64,000 nucleotides of DNA, taken from NCBI RefSeq assembly GCF_009834535.1, contig NC_045697.1:82772001-82836000 (forward strand), read 5' to 3'. The position numbers and the translations under genes were made by a program. Shown here in pieces: positions 37,884 through 52,385 of this stretch. The notes under the pieces are model-generated. The model ran no database searches. It had not been told where the DNA came from and worked only from the letters and a program-made list of their open reading frames with translations. Source of the stretch: Camelus ferus. Lineage: Eukaryota. The first letter of the stretch is position 1, and every line of letters begins with the position of its first letter.

Positions 37884-40800
37884 GACTTCTGGTTTTCAGT
37901 CATGCAGCAGATAAGGAGCTTAGAAGTCATAATTCTATCCTAACAAGAAAAAGCTGAAAAAACTAGAAAAAAATCAACAGTTTCTCCTTAGAGCTGTTAG
38001 AGAACTGAAGTTTCAGGGCAAACCACTGTCCTTCAAGTTGGAGGGACAGACAAGCAGACACAGAGCATTACAACTAATCAGGGCAGCAATTTCTGCAGTA
38101 AGCGCCGTGTGGGTTGGGAAAGCTAACCATAATCGAAAAATTTCTGGAGGCTCAGTCAGGACAAGTTTGAGAGTTAAAATATCCAAGGGGATCCAGTCAT
38201 TGCAGGATTTTTACCTCCACGTAGCAATTTTTACCCCCAGGAATTCTACAGCTCCTCACAGTAAATACTGGAGAAAAGCCTCATGCATCTGGCAGGGGGA
38301 GGGGAAAAGAAACCATTTTGAAATATTCTAGAGAATTCTGTTTCTCTTTACAAAGCCAGCCCTCAGGAGGAGCAATTTTACCAGAGCCCAACGTGTTGGC
38401 ATTCTATTAGAACCTGAACCGCTGGGGCATGGTAATACCCAACTCGAGCTGGCTCTAATGTTCCACACGAGGAAAGGAAAATGCCCAGCTGCAGCCCTTC
38501 TAGTTAACCTATCCCACATAGAGGGGATGGGGGAGAAGTTGAGAGGCACTGGTGAAGTTCACAGTTCAGGGACTCACCAAAAGTTACAGGACTATAGAAT
38601 GATTTCTCATTCCACTACCTTCCCATGGCTACTTACAAAGATTCACTTACCCAGGTTATCATATACACCTTTCAACAACAACAACAAGAACAAATACGAA
38701 GCATATTAAAAGGCAAAAAACATAGTTTGAAGAACCTGGACAAACATGAAAACCAGAGTCAGGCATGGCAGAAATGTCAGAATTACCATACTAGGAAGTT
38801 GGCAGTTTCTTTTACTCAGAACAGCACATCTAGCTCTCAAGAAAAAATTACAAGGCACAGCAAAAGGCAACAATTTGAAGACCCAGAGCAAGCATCAGAA
38901 ACAGACATGAGAGAGATGTTGGAATTATCAGACCAAGAACTTAAAACAACTATGATTATTATGTTAAGGTCACTAATGAGTATGTAGAAACCATGCAAAA
39001 ATAGATGTGCAGTGTAAGCTGAGAGATGAAAATCCTAAGAAATAACTAAAAAAAAAAATTTTTAGAGATCCCAAATACTATAACAGAAATGAAGAATGCT
39101 CTGATGGGCTTATTAGTAGACTGGACAAGGCTGAAAAAAGGACCTCTGAGCTTGAAGGTATCTAGAAATTTTGAAAACTGAAAAGGAAAGAGGACAAAAA
39201 TTGAAAAAAAAACCACAAGAATATTCAAGGACTTTGAGAAACTACAAAAGATGTAATATATCCATAATGAAAACACCAGAAAGAGAAGAAAAACAAAACA
39301 AACAAGAGATATTTGAAACAATAATCACTGAGAATTTCCACAATTTAATTTCAGATACCAAACAACAGATTCAGAAAGCTCAAAGAGTAACAAGCAGGAT
39401 AAATGTCAAAAACAAACAAACAAAAAATACCGTGGACTATAGTTTTGAAAACATGTAAAATCAAAGATAAAGAAAAATCCTGAAAGAAGGCAGAGGGAAA
39501 AATACCCCAAATTACCTATAGAGAAACAAGGCCAAGAATTACATCTGACTTCTCCCCAGAAACCATGCAACTGAGTAGAGAGTGAGAAATATTTAAAGGG
39601 CTGAAAGAAAAGAAACCCCATTAACCTAGACTTCTGTATCCTGCAAAATCATGTGTTAAAAGAGAAGGAAAAACAAAGACTTTCTCAAACAGACAAAAAG
39701 TAAGGAAATATGTTTCTAGTAAACCTACTTGGAAAAAAATATTAAAAGAAGTTCCTTTAGAGAGGAGAAAAATAATATAGATCAGAGACTTGGAACAACA
39801 TAAAGAAAGAAAAAGCACTGAAAGATTAGGTGAAGGTAAAATAAAAGCTTTTAAAAAGTTCTTAATTGAGGTAATGATCTAACAGATGAGTTTCTTCAAA
39901 ATGATAAAAGCAACAATGTATTCCATTGTTTATGCTCATGGTTATATACACATATATGTACATGTATACATATATGCTTATGTATGTTTAGATATAAGTG
40001 AAATGAATGGGAGAAATGACAAAGGGGATGGGGAGGACACTTAGAATTATTTTGTTACTGTAAGATACACTGCCTGTGTAGTAGTATAGTGTTATTTAAA
40101 AGAGATTTGAATTAACTGTAAGTATATGCTGCAAACTCCAGGACAATCACTAAAAAAAAAATTCAAAAAGGTAAGTATAATTAATATGCTAATAAAGGAG
40201 AGAAAATGGAATAGTGTAATTCCATTTTATATAATGTATTTATAAATAATGGTATAATTATGCTCAATTAACACCACAAAGATACAAAAAGTATGAAAGA
40301 CAAAAAGAAAACAAAACAAAACAAATAGAAAACAGTAAAAAAGTATAATATATACTAATCCAGCGTTATCTATAATCACTTTGAATATCCATGGTCTAAA
40401 TGTGCCAATTAAAAGAGATTGTCAGAGTAGATCAAAAAACAACAGGTAACCATATGTTGGATGCGAGAAACTCACTTTAAATATAAAGACATATAGATTA
40501 AAAGTAAATAGATGGGAGAAAAATACCATGTGAAGATCAATTAGGTGTAAGCAGGAGAGGCTGTATAATTTCAGAAAGAGAAGACTTCAAAGCAAGGAAA
40601 GTTATCAAGGATAAAGAGTATTACATATAATAAAGACGGTCAATTCTCCAAGAAGACTTATTCTGTAATGTGTATACACCTAAAAGCAGAATGTCAAAAT
40701 ACATGAGGCAAAAACTATAGAACTACAAGGAGAAACAGATGCATTCACTAACATAGGTGGAGACTTCAACACCATTCTATTGAAATTGAAAGATACAGCA

Positions 40801-42683
40801 GACAGAAAATCAGTAAAAACATAGATGAACTCAATAACAACATCAATCAACTGGATATAATTGACATCAGAGAAAATTTCATCCAACAACAGCAGAATAC
40901 ACATACTTCTCAAGCTAATATGTAACTTTCAACAAGACAGACCACATTCTGGGCTATAAAACACACTTTAAACTTAAAAGAGAAATTTTGCAATGTCTGC
41001 TTTCAGACCACAATGGAATTAAGCCAGGATTCAGTAACAGATAGATAACTGGAAAATCGCCAAATACTTGGATATTAAACAATATACTTCTAAATAACAC
41101 GTTGGTAAAAGAATAAATCTCAAGAGATACTAAAAATTACTTTCAGCGAAAATAAATTAAAAAATAATCTTCTAAAACTTACATAAGAAGACATACACAA
41201 TCTAAATAGCCTATATCTATTAAACTGAATAAATAATTAACAACCTTCCAAAACAGAAAGCACCAGGCCAAATGGGTTCACTGATAAATTCTACTAAACA
41301 TGTAAAAGAGAAATTATACCAATACTATCTCTTTCAGAGAATAGAAGCAGAAGAAATACTTTATACCTCATTCCATGAGGCTAGCATTATCCTAGTACTA
41401 AAATCAGAAATAGACATTAAAAAAGAAAAACTATAGTACAATTTTTCTCATAAACAAAGATGCAAAATTCTCAAAAATACATTAGTAAATTGAATTTAAC
41501 AATGTATAAAAATATTTATACACCATGACCAACTGTGATTTGTCCCAGGTTTACAAGGCTGGTTCAATATTTGAACACCAATTAGTATAATCCCTCACAT
41601 CAACAGACGAACAAAGAACCACATGATTGTATCAATGGATGCAGAAAAAGAATTTGACAAAATCAAACATCCATTCCTGATTAAAACTCTCAGTAAACCA
41701 ATAATGAGGGGAATTTTCTCAACTTGATAAAGACTATTTACAAAAAACCTACAACTAACATCATAGTTAATGGTGAGAAACTTGAGACCTCCGACAAAGA
41801 CAAGGACAAAGCAACGATGTCCCCTCTGACCACTCATTTTCCACATTGTACTGGATTTCCTTGCTAATGGAGAAAGGCAATAAAAGGAAATAAAAAGTAT
41901 ACAGATTGGGAAGAAGAAATAAAATTGTCTTGTTCACAGATGACACAATCATTTATGTAGAAAATCCAAAAAAATTGACAATAATTCCTAGAACCAATAA
42001 GCAATTACAGCAATTATCTGCAGGATACCAGATTAATATACAATATCCTATCATTTTTCTACATAAAAGCAATGAACAGTAGAATCTGAAATTTAATCAC
42101 AATTCCACTTACATTAGGATGAAAATCTATGAACTACTTAAGGTTAAGTTTAACAAAATATGTACACGATCTACATGAGAAAAACTACAAAAGTCTGATG
42201 AAAAAAATCATACAATTAAATAAATGGAGAAATAATCCATGTTCATGGAAAGGAAGACTCAATATTGTCAAGATGTTAGTACTTACCAATTTGCTGTATA
42301 GATTAAATGCAATCCCAAGTAAGCCAGCCAGCTACTTTACAGATACCAGCAAACTAATTCTAAAGTTTACAGAGCTGGGAATAAATAGGAGGAGTACAGA
42401 GAATTTTTAAAGCAGTGAAATACTATAATGGTACATATATTTCATTATGCATTTGTCCAAATTCATAGAATGTAAAACACCAAGAATAAATACCAAGGTC
42501 AACTATAGACCTCTTGTGATTATGTCAGTGTAAATTCATCAACTGTAGCAAAATACCACTGTGGTGTGGGAAGTCGATAGTGGGAAAGTTTGTACACGAA
42601 TATTTTGGAACTCTGTACTTGCCACTCAGTTTTGCTGTGAACCTAAAACTGCCCTAAAAAATAAATTGTATTAATTTTAAAAA
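37884..42683 (+). mobile_element. L1MC1/2-like old L1 with 5' end, ORF1, partial ORF2 and 3' end, internally deleted
   Basis: 5' 'gacttctggttttcag'. ORF1 remnants (EIFETIITENF..QIQKAQR, ~38900-39760), endonuclease remnants from ~40370 and RT remnants 41200-42370 (WKGRLNIVKM..YRLNAIP). L1MC1-type 3' end 'ttttgctgtgaacctaaaactgccctaaaaaataaa'. Confidence 0.88.
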
Positions 42684-42789
42684 GCCATGTCATACTTTAA
42701 CTAATATCACTTTATTGCATTATTTTTATAATATATTTTTTTAAAAAGAATAATTTTATCCATTTCCAATTCCTCTCTTAACACTGTCT

Positions 42790-44045
42790 TTTGAAACTAC
42801 CATAATTGGAATTTGGCCATGTCATTTCACCAAAATGCTTTTACCAGTTTCACCAAAGACTTCCATATTTTAAATGTGATGATCAATTTTCAGTCCGTAT
42901 TTCATTTGCCTGTGTATTAGCCTTTGATACAGTGATTTGATTGTTAGTACTTCAGAGTCTCTCAGTTTTCTTCTTTATTTATTGGTGTCTCCTTTTCACT
43001 TACTGGTCCTTAATAGTCTCCCAAGGTTCTTGTTTGAGTGATAACAGAATCATAACTCCTACCACTCCTATTTACCATCTACACTCATCCAGAGGTAATC
43101 TCATCCAGTTTCATGTTGAAATCTACCTAACATATGCCCAGTATTGATCTTTTCTCTGAACTCCAGACATATGCATAATAGACATTTCTACATTTCAAAT
43201 GTAACCTATTGAACTTCCTGACCTTCCCTTTCAAAATGGTTCCTCTCATAATCTTTCTCTTATTACATTAAGGCAATCTCATTTTTCAGTTACTCGGGTA
43301 AGATGTTTTAGCATTATCCTTGACTTCCCTCGTGTGCCACATCTAATATATTGACAGATTTTTGGTTCTTCCTAGGATATCCAGAATCCAGCATTTCTTA
43401 CCACCTCTTCTGCTGCAACTCTGGACCAAGCCATCACTGTATCCCTGCAATTTTTGCCATCGCCCATCTTGCAGGCTATTCTCAAAATAACGGCCAGAGT
43501 GATTTTATTAAAGTGTAAGCCGCCCCTGTGCTCAAAGCTCTCCAATTCACCTAAATCAGTGAAAGAAAAAGATTCTTTGACCTAGAGAACCCTTCATAAT
43601 CAGCTCTTTTCTTATATCCCAGCCTCATCTTCTAACATTCTCCCCCTCACTCACAGTATCTTTTAACATTGTGCTTCTTCTAGTCCTCAAATATTACAAG
43701 ACCCAAGGGCCTTTCACTGACTTTCTGACTCTAATACTCTTCCTCTAGACCTTACAGCTTTCTCTCTCAGCTACACTGGGATTCTAATAATTACCTTATT
43801 GCCCCTCTGCGGATTACTCAATATATAGCAATTTCTTCCTCAGAAATTCCTGCACCTTTCTTTATTTTGTTTTCCCTAGAGTCCTTATCATTCACTATGC
43901 TGTATATCCTATATAGTTGTTTGTATTTCTTGCCTAAATCCAAAAGTCCTTACATTCTCTTATAAATACATTTTCAGTCTCTTTTGTTACCTTCTATATC
44001 ATGAGGCCTAGTACCTCCTCAAAATGTATTTGAAGGACAAATAAA
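42790..44045 (+). mobile_element. L2 (L2a-like), ~1.25 kb
   Basis: 'ctctgaactccagac', 'tatccagaatccagcatttcttaccacctc...ggaccaagccatca', 'ggccagagtgattttattaaagtgtaag...cctgtgctcaaa', 'agggcctttcactg', and the 3' end 'caaaatgtatttgaaggacaaataaa'. Confidence 0.8.
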
Positions 44046-45129
44046 GCAATTAAAATTTAAAAATTCATTATAAACAAATAGTGTTGTTATCAATTTACAT
44101 CACAGGTAATTTCTGAAAAACATTATTTACTAATTTAAACATAGATTTTATTTAGTATTTACCATTCTTTGGTACCAGATGTTAACTTTTCTACTATATT
44201 CTTTATGTGAATTTGAATGTGGATTGCATTTCTAAGCTTCTCCTCAATTTATATTCACAATTGGAAAAAATTACATATTCTCTAAAAAAATTACTACATC
44301 CAGTTATTTATTTGAGGAGAGAGGCTTGTTTGCTTTATACTAAATATGTGCCAGAAAAATCAGTTTGCAAGAAAAATAAAATCATGACTAGAATAGACTT
44401 TGATGTTATTTGGCTGAACATTCTCATTTTTCTTGAAATTATTTTTAAATTTAGCATTTGCTGGGATAAATATTACAAATCACAACTAAGCTAAGTGTGC
44501 TTATTCATTCCACCCATTTCTAGGGCCAACTATAGCTCATTTTTAAATTTTTCTAACAATTTAAGCTTAAATTGCTGGGCTGGAAAAAAAAACAGATGAA
44601 AGTAGATTGTGGTAAAAGGAAACTGTATGATCTTCATAGAAGGTAAACTATTAAATGACCCAAATCACATAATCAATATACATAATAGCAAAATGGGACT
44701 AGGACAGCAATAAAATTCATTTTTAGGGTAGCAGTAAACAGCACACAATGGATTCTTGGCGTGCTTTTCAGCCATTATAATCACAATAGAACGCTTCCTG
44801 GGTCTTACTGTCATTGGCCCGTGTAGGCAAGGCAGATAAAACAGTGCTCATTTGTTAGGCTTACAAAGACGAAGACAATTATAGTTCGGTACTTCATGTC
44901 CATTCTTCAATTAGAGGAAATAATTGGGAAGGAAAATAGAGATAAATAGAAGCCCCTGATACAATCTTCTAGCCTTTTCCATAGAGCCAAAGCATTTCAT
45001 TATCCTCAATACACAAATGCCCAGGATATCTTTTGCCAATGAAACCTAATTAAAATTGTAATATCAAGCTACCCTGAGACTGAAGGTCTACCTACCTGGT
45101 TTGTCCCATCACTGTTAGCATAATTTCTT

Positions 45130-45645
45130 TGAAAATGAAGAATTAATCATGTTACTTCCTGACTTAAACTGCTTCTATAGTGTCTGCTGTTTTTTAATAA
45201 ATTAGATTTACTATCCCTCCTCTGACTAGCCTCTAATCTCGTCTCCCTTAAAGTCAGTATTAACCCCTTTCTTTGTCTACATCAACTCATTTACACAGCC
45301 TTGAATGTCTCTAAAAATTCCAATCGTTTCTCATCCTTCACATTTCTTCCTACCTGAAAACACTTCTTCCCTCCTCCATGTTATCTTAACTGATTAAAGC
45401 CAATTAAGATCAAGCTGAAGAATCACAGTAAATGAAAACATTTCTTGACATCCTGTTACTTGCTTAGACACATCCAGTTCATTGTTTAGTTTCATAATAC
45501 CTTTTTTTAATTAAAAAAATACCCCTCTAAACTGATAGACTTTGAAATCCATAAGCAAAATTGTAACAGCCTATAATTTGCCTATTCAGTGGGCCCAACC
45601 ATGTGCTGTCTTTAGGATATGCTTGATAACTTATTTAATGAGCTG
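45130..45645 (+). mobile_element. L2 remnant, highly diverged
   Basis: 'atcatgttacttcctgacttaaac', 'ttcctacctgaaaacacttcttccc' and 'tgcttgataacttatttaatga'. Confidence 0.5.
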
Positions 45646-46693
45646 CTTAATTATTTTATCAATCATACCAAGAATTACACCTGTTCATATTTTTTTAATC
45701 ATGTAATGTTTCTATATGTTTATCACTGAAACTCTAGGTAAAGATAGATTTGAGGTATGTGAGCAGTGTTAAATATTAAACAGTCCCTATATATAAATAC
45801 AAAACAGTTTTCCTTACAATTATACCACAAACTCATATTATTGAATAGTTTCAGTTATCAACATACTTGCACATATATTAACTATAATATTAATAGGTAA
45901 TAATTAGTACATTCAAAAAATGTAAATTCAGACAACTACCACCCATTTTATAAATGTAAAAATAAATTAGTAAATCCAAGTATTGTTAGTCATGCTTCTG
46001 GAAATAGCTGTTTTGCTTTGATTGCAGGAATAAAAATCAGTGCAAATTTCCTTAATTCCTATTTGATCATGCACAACAAAAGGCTTTAACCTTGAAAATT
46101 CTATTTCCAAAAGTTGTTTCTCAGAAAAATTTAACTGTATATTCCCTCCTTCAAATGTGTTTTATAATTATTCTAGGGGATTAATAGTATTGCAGATGAC
46201 TTTTATGTTTTTCCTGTAATTTTTCTTACTTTTCTCCTGTGCACATATATTAATTATAATTAGAAAATAATAATAATGGCAGAAATTTTTACATTGAAAT
46301 AGTTTTTGACAACCATAACAAAATATTGATAATTATATACATATGGACAAAATTCTCACAATATAAGTTTTATGATTACTACAATAGTCCACACCTCTGT
46401 ATAACTCTTCTCTGTTCCTAAGATGCATTGACATGGATGCTGGGATATCAGCAGGTGAATATACATAGAATATAATAATGTCAGTTAATTACCTTGTGGA
46501 CATATGTGGACAGAGAACAAAGTCAAGTTAATTTTTCAAAGTGCCTGAGTGAGTGAAAATATTTTTTGCTTTGGAATCTACATCTTTAAATATAATCCAC
46601 AGAAAATATTTCCATATATTAAAGGTGAGGCATATATGATATAAAGCTAAAAAGGGATTGTTTAAAGTGGCGATCTATAATCCTGGAGCCAAA

Positions 46694-46695
<2 letters not shown>

Positions 46696-46735
<40 letters not shown>

Positions 46736-46748
46736 ACACACACACACA
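46696..46748. repeat. (CA)n microsatellite, one interruption
   Basis: Seen directly. Confidence 0.97.
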
Positions 46749-47129
46749 GAGTTTATCTTGGTGGATTAGATCAGGACTTCTGAGAACTAGCATCAAAAAT
46801 GATACCATTATCTCATCTTGAACGATAATTTTTTTCCCTTTGTCTTTTCTTTTTCCTTTCTTCTTTTCTCTTTTCTTTTATATTTGATTGTTCTAAAATT
46901 CCTGGCTATGACCACTAACTTGGATTCAAGAACAATTAATGGGGTCTGATTCCCAGTGTTTAAATTGCTGCTGTACATTTCATGCCTACTGGATTTATTT
47001 ATATACCCTATTCAACACCGAATAATGTCATATTTCTCCTTGTCACAAAATTAACATGAAAATAGACTTTGAAAATTTTTATAAATCTCTTGTTACTTGT
47101 GAGGGTAAATATTTTAATGTATTTATTAG

Positions 47130-47650
47130 TCATAAAGAAACAATCAGAAAAATCTATATTAAGGTATGTTCTACAAGACAACTAATCCGAACTATTCAAA
47201 TGTGACAAGTTTGAAAGAAAAATATAGAGATTGTTTCAGACTAAGTAAGATGAAAGAAAAATAGCAAATAAATATCTTATGAACAATTAGAGTCTTGATT
47301 GAATTTTTAAGGTATAAAATATATTTTGGAACAAAAGTAATATTTAATATGGTCTAGAAATATTACATAATGTAATAAAATTATCATTTATTTTCTTTTG
47401 TGTAATAATGGTATCATGGCTATGTAGACAATGTCCTTTTTTTGAACATATTGAACATTTTTTGCATATATATTGAAATATTTAGGGTCGAAGTGTCAGG
47501 ATGTCTATAGCTTACCTCCACATGGGAGAGAGAAAGGTGAGATTGATTCAGTAAGTAAGATAAAATGTTAACCACTTAAATTTAGGTAGAGGATACATGT
47601 GTTTATTTTCATAATCTTATTTCTTCTTAATTTTCACATAAAAAGTTCTG
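47130..47650 (+). mobile_element. L1ME3/4-type 3' end
   Basis: 'ttctacaagacaacta', 'gtaataatggtatcatggctatgtag', 'tgaaatatttagggtcgaagtgtcaggatgtct', 'aaaatgttaac...aggtagaggatacatgtgtttatt'. Confidence 0.7.
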
Positions 47651-47899
47651 AAATGTATGTTTGTTATTAACTCAATATTCATTCATTACAAAATATTGAA
47701 ATATAGAAATTCCCACATATACTTTCTTTGAGCAATTTATGTACATATGGCTTTGTAGCCTGCTGTTTAGACAAAAGGTGCATTTTAAACATATTTTGAT
47801 TTTGTAATCATTTTGAGAATTTCCATTTTTGCATTCTTTATGAATATGCTCAAAGGCTACTAACATTGCTTGGAAATTATACTAAAACTTCCCTAGTCC

Positions 47900-48730
47900 A
47901 TTCATTTCCCCATTCTCCTAGCTGTGTATTCCATGCCTTCTCCTCTCTTAAAATCTTCAAGTACCCATCTCCTCTTCTCACCCTTAAAATGATGAAACTG
48001 CTCTTTATTTCATTCAGTAAATGTAAGTGATAAGAACAGACCATCCAATGCCACAGTCACACAGATGTATGCGTCCATGCATGTCTGCCACAGAGATTAT
48101 TTTCTTTACTCTTACTCTGGAAACACTATCCACATCACTGGCTAAGACACATTTCTCCAGTTTTGAACTAGATCACATGACTTATCTCCTACTCAGGGAT
48201 ATTGTTTTAACAAATGTCTATTTTTTTTTTATGCATTATCATCCATTCCTCTTACTGAAAGTTTCCCATCAATATACATATGTTTAAAAAGTTCTCATGA
48301 CAACCTTCTCTCTCTCAGGCTGCCACCCAGTTTTTCTTCCTCCTTCTAGAGCAAAACTTCCATTCTCTTTTGAACACTCCAAATGTCACTGATCTGTTTT
48401 TTTTTTTTAAGGTTATGAGTTACTTCCATGTGGAAATCCACCACATAAAAACAGACCTATGTTCTAAGGGTGGGCACTGAGGACTCATCTCACTAGACTT
48501 AGCAGCAGCACTTGGTAAGGATAATCAATCTCTTGCTCTAGAAACACTCAACTGGCTTTCATAATATCATATTTAACCTTACTTTATTACTACTTCTTTG
48601 GCTTCTCCTAGTCAGTTTCAAATAATGGTTTGTCTTCTTTCCCATGGTCTCTAAACATTGATGTATTCCAGGGCTCTAACTTTGCACTTCTGTTTGCTAT
48701 TGGCACTGACCCCTTTGGCAATCACAACCA
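47900..48730 (+). mobile_element. L2 internal fragment
   Basis: 'ctttatttcattcagtaaa', 'ctagatcacatgacttatctcctactcaggga', 'ctccttctagagcaaaactt', 'catctcactagacttagcagcagcactt', 'tattccagggctcta'. Confidence 0.65.
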
Positions 48731-49589
48731 ATAGATACCCCTCCATTTCCTTACATCTTTCTTAATTTCTCTCAATAGTATTATGTACATATAATACACT
48801 TATATACATATATATGTATATTATGTACTATTATATAAAGAAGTCCTATATAACTTTTCTTAGATTTATTTCCAGACAATTTATAGTTTTCATGCTATTG
48901 TATTTTAAATTGTATTTTGTTAGTGCTTGTGCCTGGCACAGGAAGGACAATTGCGAGGTTGATTATGAAAAAAATGTTTCTAAGCAAATGCTATTTAACT
49001 GGATTGAGTATTCTTTAATTATAAGGTCATAAGTTTCTGACTTCATTCTATATTCATTCTAAGTTTTTTTTAAGCCAAGTTTCAGTCTCTAAATAACTTT
49101 TTGTATAAATTCTTTAGGTGTGTACCTTACTTATAACTATAAATTACCTTCCACAATATTATATACATAGTGGACCCTCAAATGCAGTTTGATGTGTGAG
49201 TGAATAAGAAAAATGTGAATGAGCAGCCCTGAAGAGAGGAATATATGCAGGTCTCTATTACTAAATAAATGCAGTATTTAACTGTTATTTGGGTCAATGT
49301 TTGGCAATGGACTTGCAACAGAGATTATATGATAGTAATAGTTTTATTCCATAATTACACCATCTCAGTGGTGTAATTTCTTGTACATAGGAGTTCAATT
49401 ACATACCTGCTGGATTAATAAATTCAACAAGAATAATATATATAATGAGAAGGAAAATAATTGTGATGATCTCTATCTAATGAAGGCATGGTGAGAAATA
49501 AAAATGAAACAAACTCTTCAGAATACAGCAATTTCACCAAATGGAAAAAACAATAGAAAGTGGATGGATCCTAAGTCTGAAAGACAATA

Positions 49590-49785
49590 TGTAATCATTT
49601 AAATAATTATCATTTAATGTAATACACTTCTTTTATATATCAGACAATATGCTAAGACGTTTACAGAGGTGATCTATTTTAGCCCTCCAGATTCTATCTT
49701 GTTGGGAAGGAGGAAGCTTAGAGATGTTAACATGTCTGAGCTGAGCAACCACTAAGAGACTGCTTGGAACATCTATCTCTAGAGA
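49590..49785 (-). mobile_element. MIR SINE, diverged
   Basis: 'tatatcagacaatatgctaagacgtttacag...gaagcttagagatgttaa'. Confidence 0.55.
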
Positions 49786-52224
49786 CAATAACTAGCTGTT
49801 CCTCAAATGTTTGGATTAATTTTTTGAAATCTATTTACTTTTCTGAATTCTTACAATGGTCAGACTCTTGCAGCTCAGACTCTAAGTTCAGATCAATTGA
49901 TAAATAAGCAATAAATCTAACCTGATTAACACGTGAATCACTGGGCTCAGAGTTTGACTTGTTAATGGCACTACTTATTCTCTGCACAATGTAACTCTGT
50001 AGGGAATTCCCATTCCAGTTGTAATAATTGTTGATTTTTCAAAAATAAGTTCAATCTAAAACAAGCACAAAAACAGGTCAAGAAAGCACCTTAAGATAGG
50101 GTACACCTACAAATATCTAAGAAAAATCTTATCTAAATATTCTCAAATTGTGTTTCATATAATAAAGAAAGATTTCTTTACTAAAAATCATGTATTTTCC
50201 ATAAAGAATACAGCCCATACTGCTTAGCCAGGATTCACACATTGTCAGCTGAAAGACAGTTAATGTACATGCAATTTTATTGGACAATGAGACAGCTGCA
50301 TGGCCTTACAGTCAAGGCAATGGAAAAAAACTTCACTCCAAAACTTAATCACAAAGCACAGCTTAGCAAAATTTTGAATTGCAAAATAATACACGATTCA
50401 TATCAGATCTGGGTAAACCTTTCATTTTTGTTTCTGTTAATCTTCTGACAAAAACAGCTTGTCAGTTCTGTCTGAGAAAGTAAAAGTGTTTTCAAGTGAA
50501 TTTATTTCTGACAAAGTAGGTCTTAAATCACTTTTTGAATCTTGCTATTTGACCATTAATCCTATATATGATTATATATTGCATATATATGTGACATATT
50601 TATATTTATAAAAAAAATTTATTGAAGGTTTATGTTTCTAGGTTTAACAAGCCCTAGCTTGTCTCAATTGTCAGTTTTATATTCAACAATGTACTAGAAA
50701 GTAAACACAGATTTATGGTAGTTCAAGGGAAGGCTTTCTCACATTAGTCAAAACCCAAACTATATTCAGATCACTTTCTGTTGGGAAACCTACAAGCTTG
50801 GTCTCCCTTCTGCAGTGCCCAACTATCCCCACTGTGTATCTACATAAGGGTTGGCCAGCTTTGCCCAAGGATCTCTTAGAGCGCTCTCTGCCTCACACAT
50901 CAATCATCCCTAGTCATCACTTTCAGAACAGAGTCTGCCCATCTTCTGATTGAGCAATACTTAGAAGTATGACAATTTTCTGAATTATAGAACAATAAAT
51001 AAGGAGTATGTTTTAGCAGACATTATGAACGTTATAACTAAAAAAAGACATTAAAATAGATGCCCGAGATGTACCCTAACTCAGAATCTTCTAACACCCA
51101 GATTTATCAACTGTACTTACTAAAATTTAAATTTATTAATGATTTTCATTTTTTTCAGATTGCTGTAGCATTTGTTCTTAAATTATTACACCAAACTATT
51201 GGAATCAACTCAAGGGAACTTATGCATTTATCATTATACAAAAGAAAATTCAACATTTCACTAAAACCATATTAATCTGCTTAGTTTTATAATATTTCCT
51301 TCAGTATAACAGCTCTTGGGAGTGAATTAATTGTCTAAATGAGAGTTTGGGCAGTTCTCCAAATAAGTGAAACAGTTTACAGTGCTTCCTGCCATAATGG
51401 TTTCCTGTTTAGACATTTAGACACTGTTAGAAAAAGATGATTTAAGGTTTTAAGCATCCAGCCAATTTTCTCTGTTCACGTAACATCTCTAAAAAGTTAA
51501 AATGTGATCCTCACCAAGGCATATTTCTAATTTGATGACATAAAAGAAAATTATAATATAGTTTCATTGTTGTCATTTTACTCTTGATAAATAATGTCTC
51601 ACACATAATGCATAAAAACCTTAAAATCATGAATGATAAACGATAAATTTTTTCTTACTCTATTATTTAATACATATACTAATATAGAGATGAAAAAAGG
51701 ATAATATAGACTAACATCTACTTGAACCAGTTTTCCTTGTTACTCCTTACTCCTATTTGTGTTATTCTGTACCCTTGTTTCTTCAGCCATTCTGATTGAA
51801 CCAACTCTCTCTTTAACTTTCCTCTCTTGCTCTTTATATTTATATTTCAAATCAAAAGCAAGGAAGGAATAGTGGAGAGGAAGCTTTGATTTAGTTATCA
51901 CACATGAAGGGACCAAGAATCATCTAACACATTATGAACAGTGAGATAAGTAGTCAATAAGATGATACTTGTTGCCATATTGATAAATATTGATCTCTCT
52001 TTATAATAATCATAAAGAAATAACACTTCAACTTAGTCTCATTTTTATCTATTTAAGAAAATATCTGCATTGGCAAAATAGTAATTATTATTATTTTCTA
52101 AATTTTATAAAAAGTCTGAAAAAATTCTCCACAAATCTCTCTATCCAAGTTACTAGAATGTTCAACATTTCAAATATGCTGATCATCTATATTTTTTTGA
52201 CCAATGAAAAATATGACATGCTAG

Positions 52225-52385
52225 CCACTATGTATAAAAATAGACTAAAAAACAAAGTTCTGCATAGCACAGGGAATTATATTCAATATCTTGTAGTAAC
52301 CTATAATGAAAGAGAATCAGAAAACAAATATATGTAAGTATATGTATGACTGAAACATGCTGTACACCAGAAATTGACACATTGC
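52225..52385 (+). mobile_element. L1 3'UTR fragment lacking A-tail
   Basis: 'atagcacagggaattatattcaatatcttgtagtaacctataatgaaa...atgactgaaacatgctgtacaccagaaattgacacattg'. Confidence 0.85.

Noticed and set aside
49353..49378. 10-bp perfect hairpin aattacacca/tggtgtaatt
   Set aside because: Too short for a pre-miRNA or MITE, and plausible by chance in AT-rich DNA.
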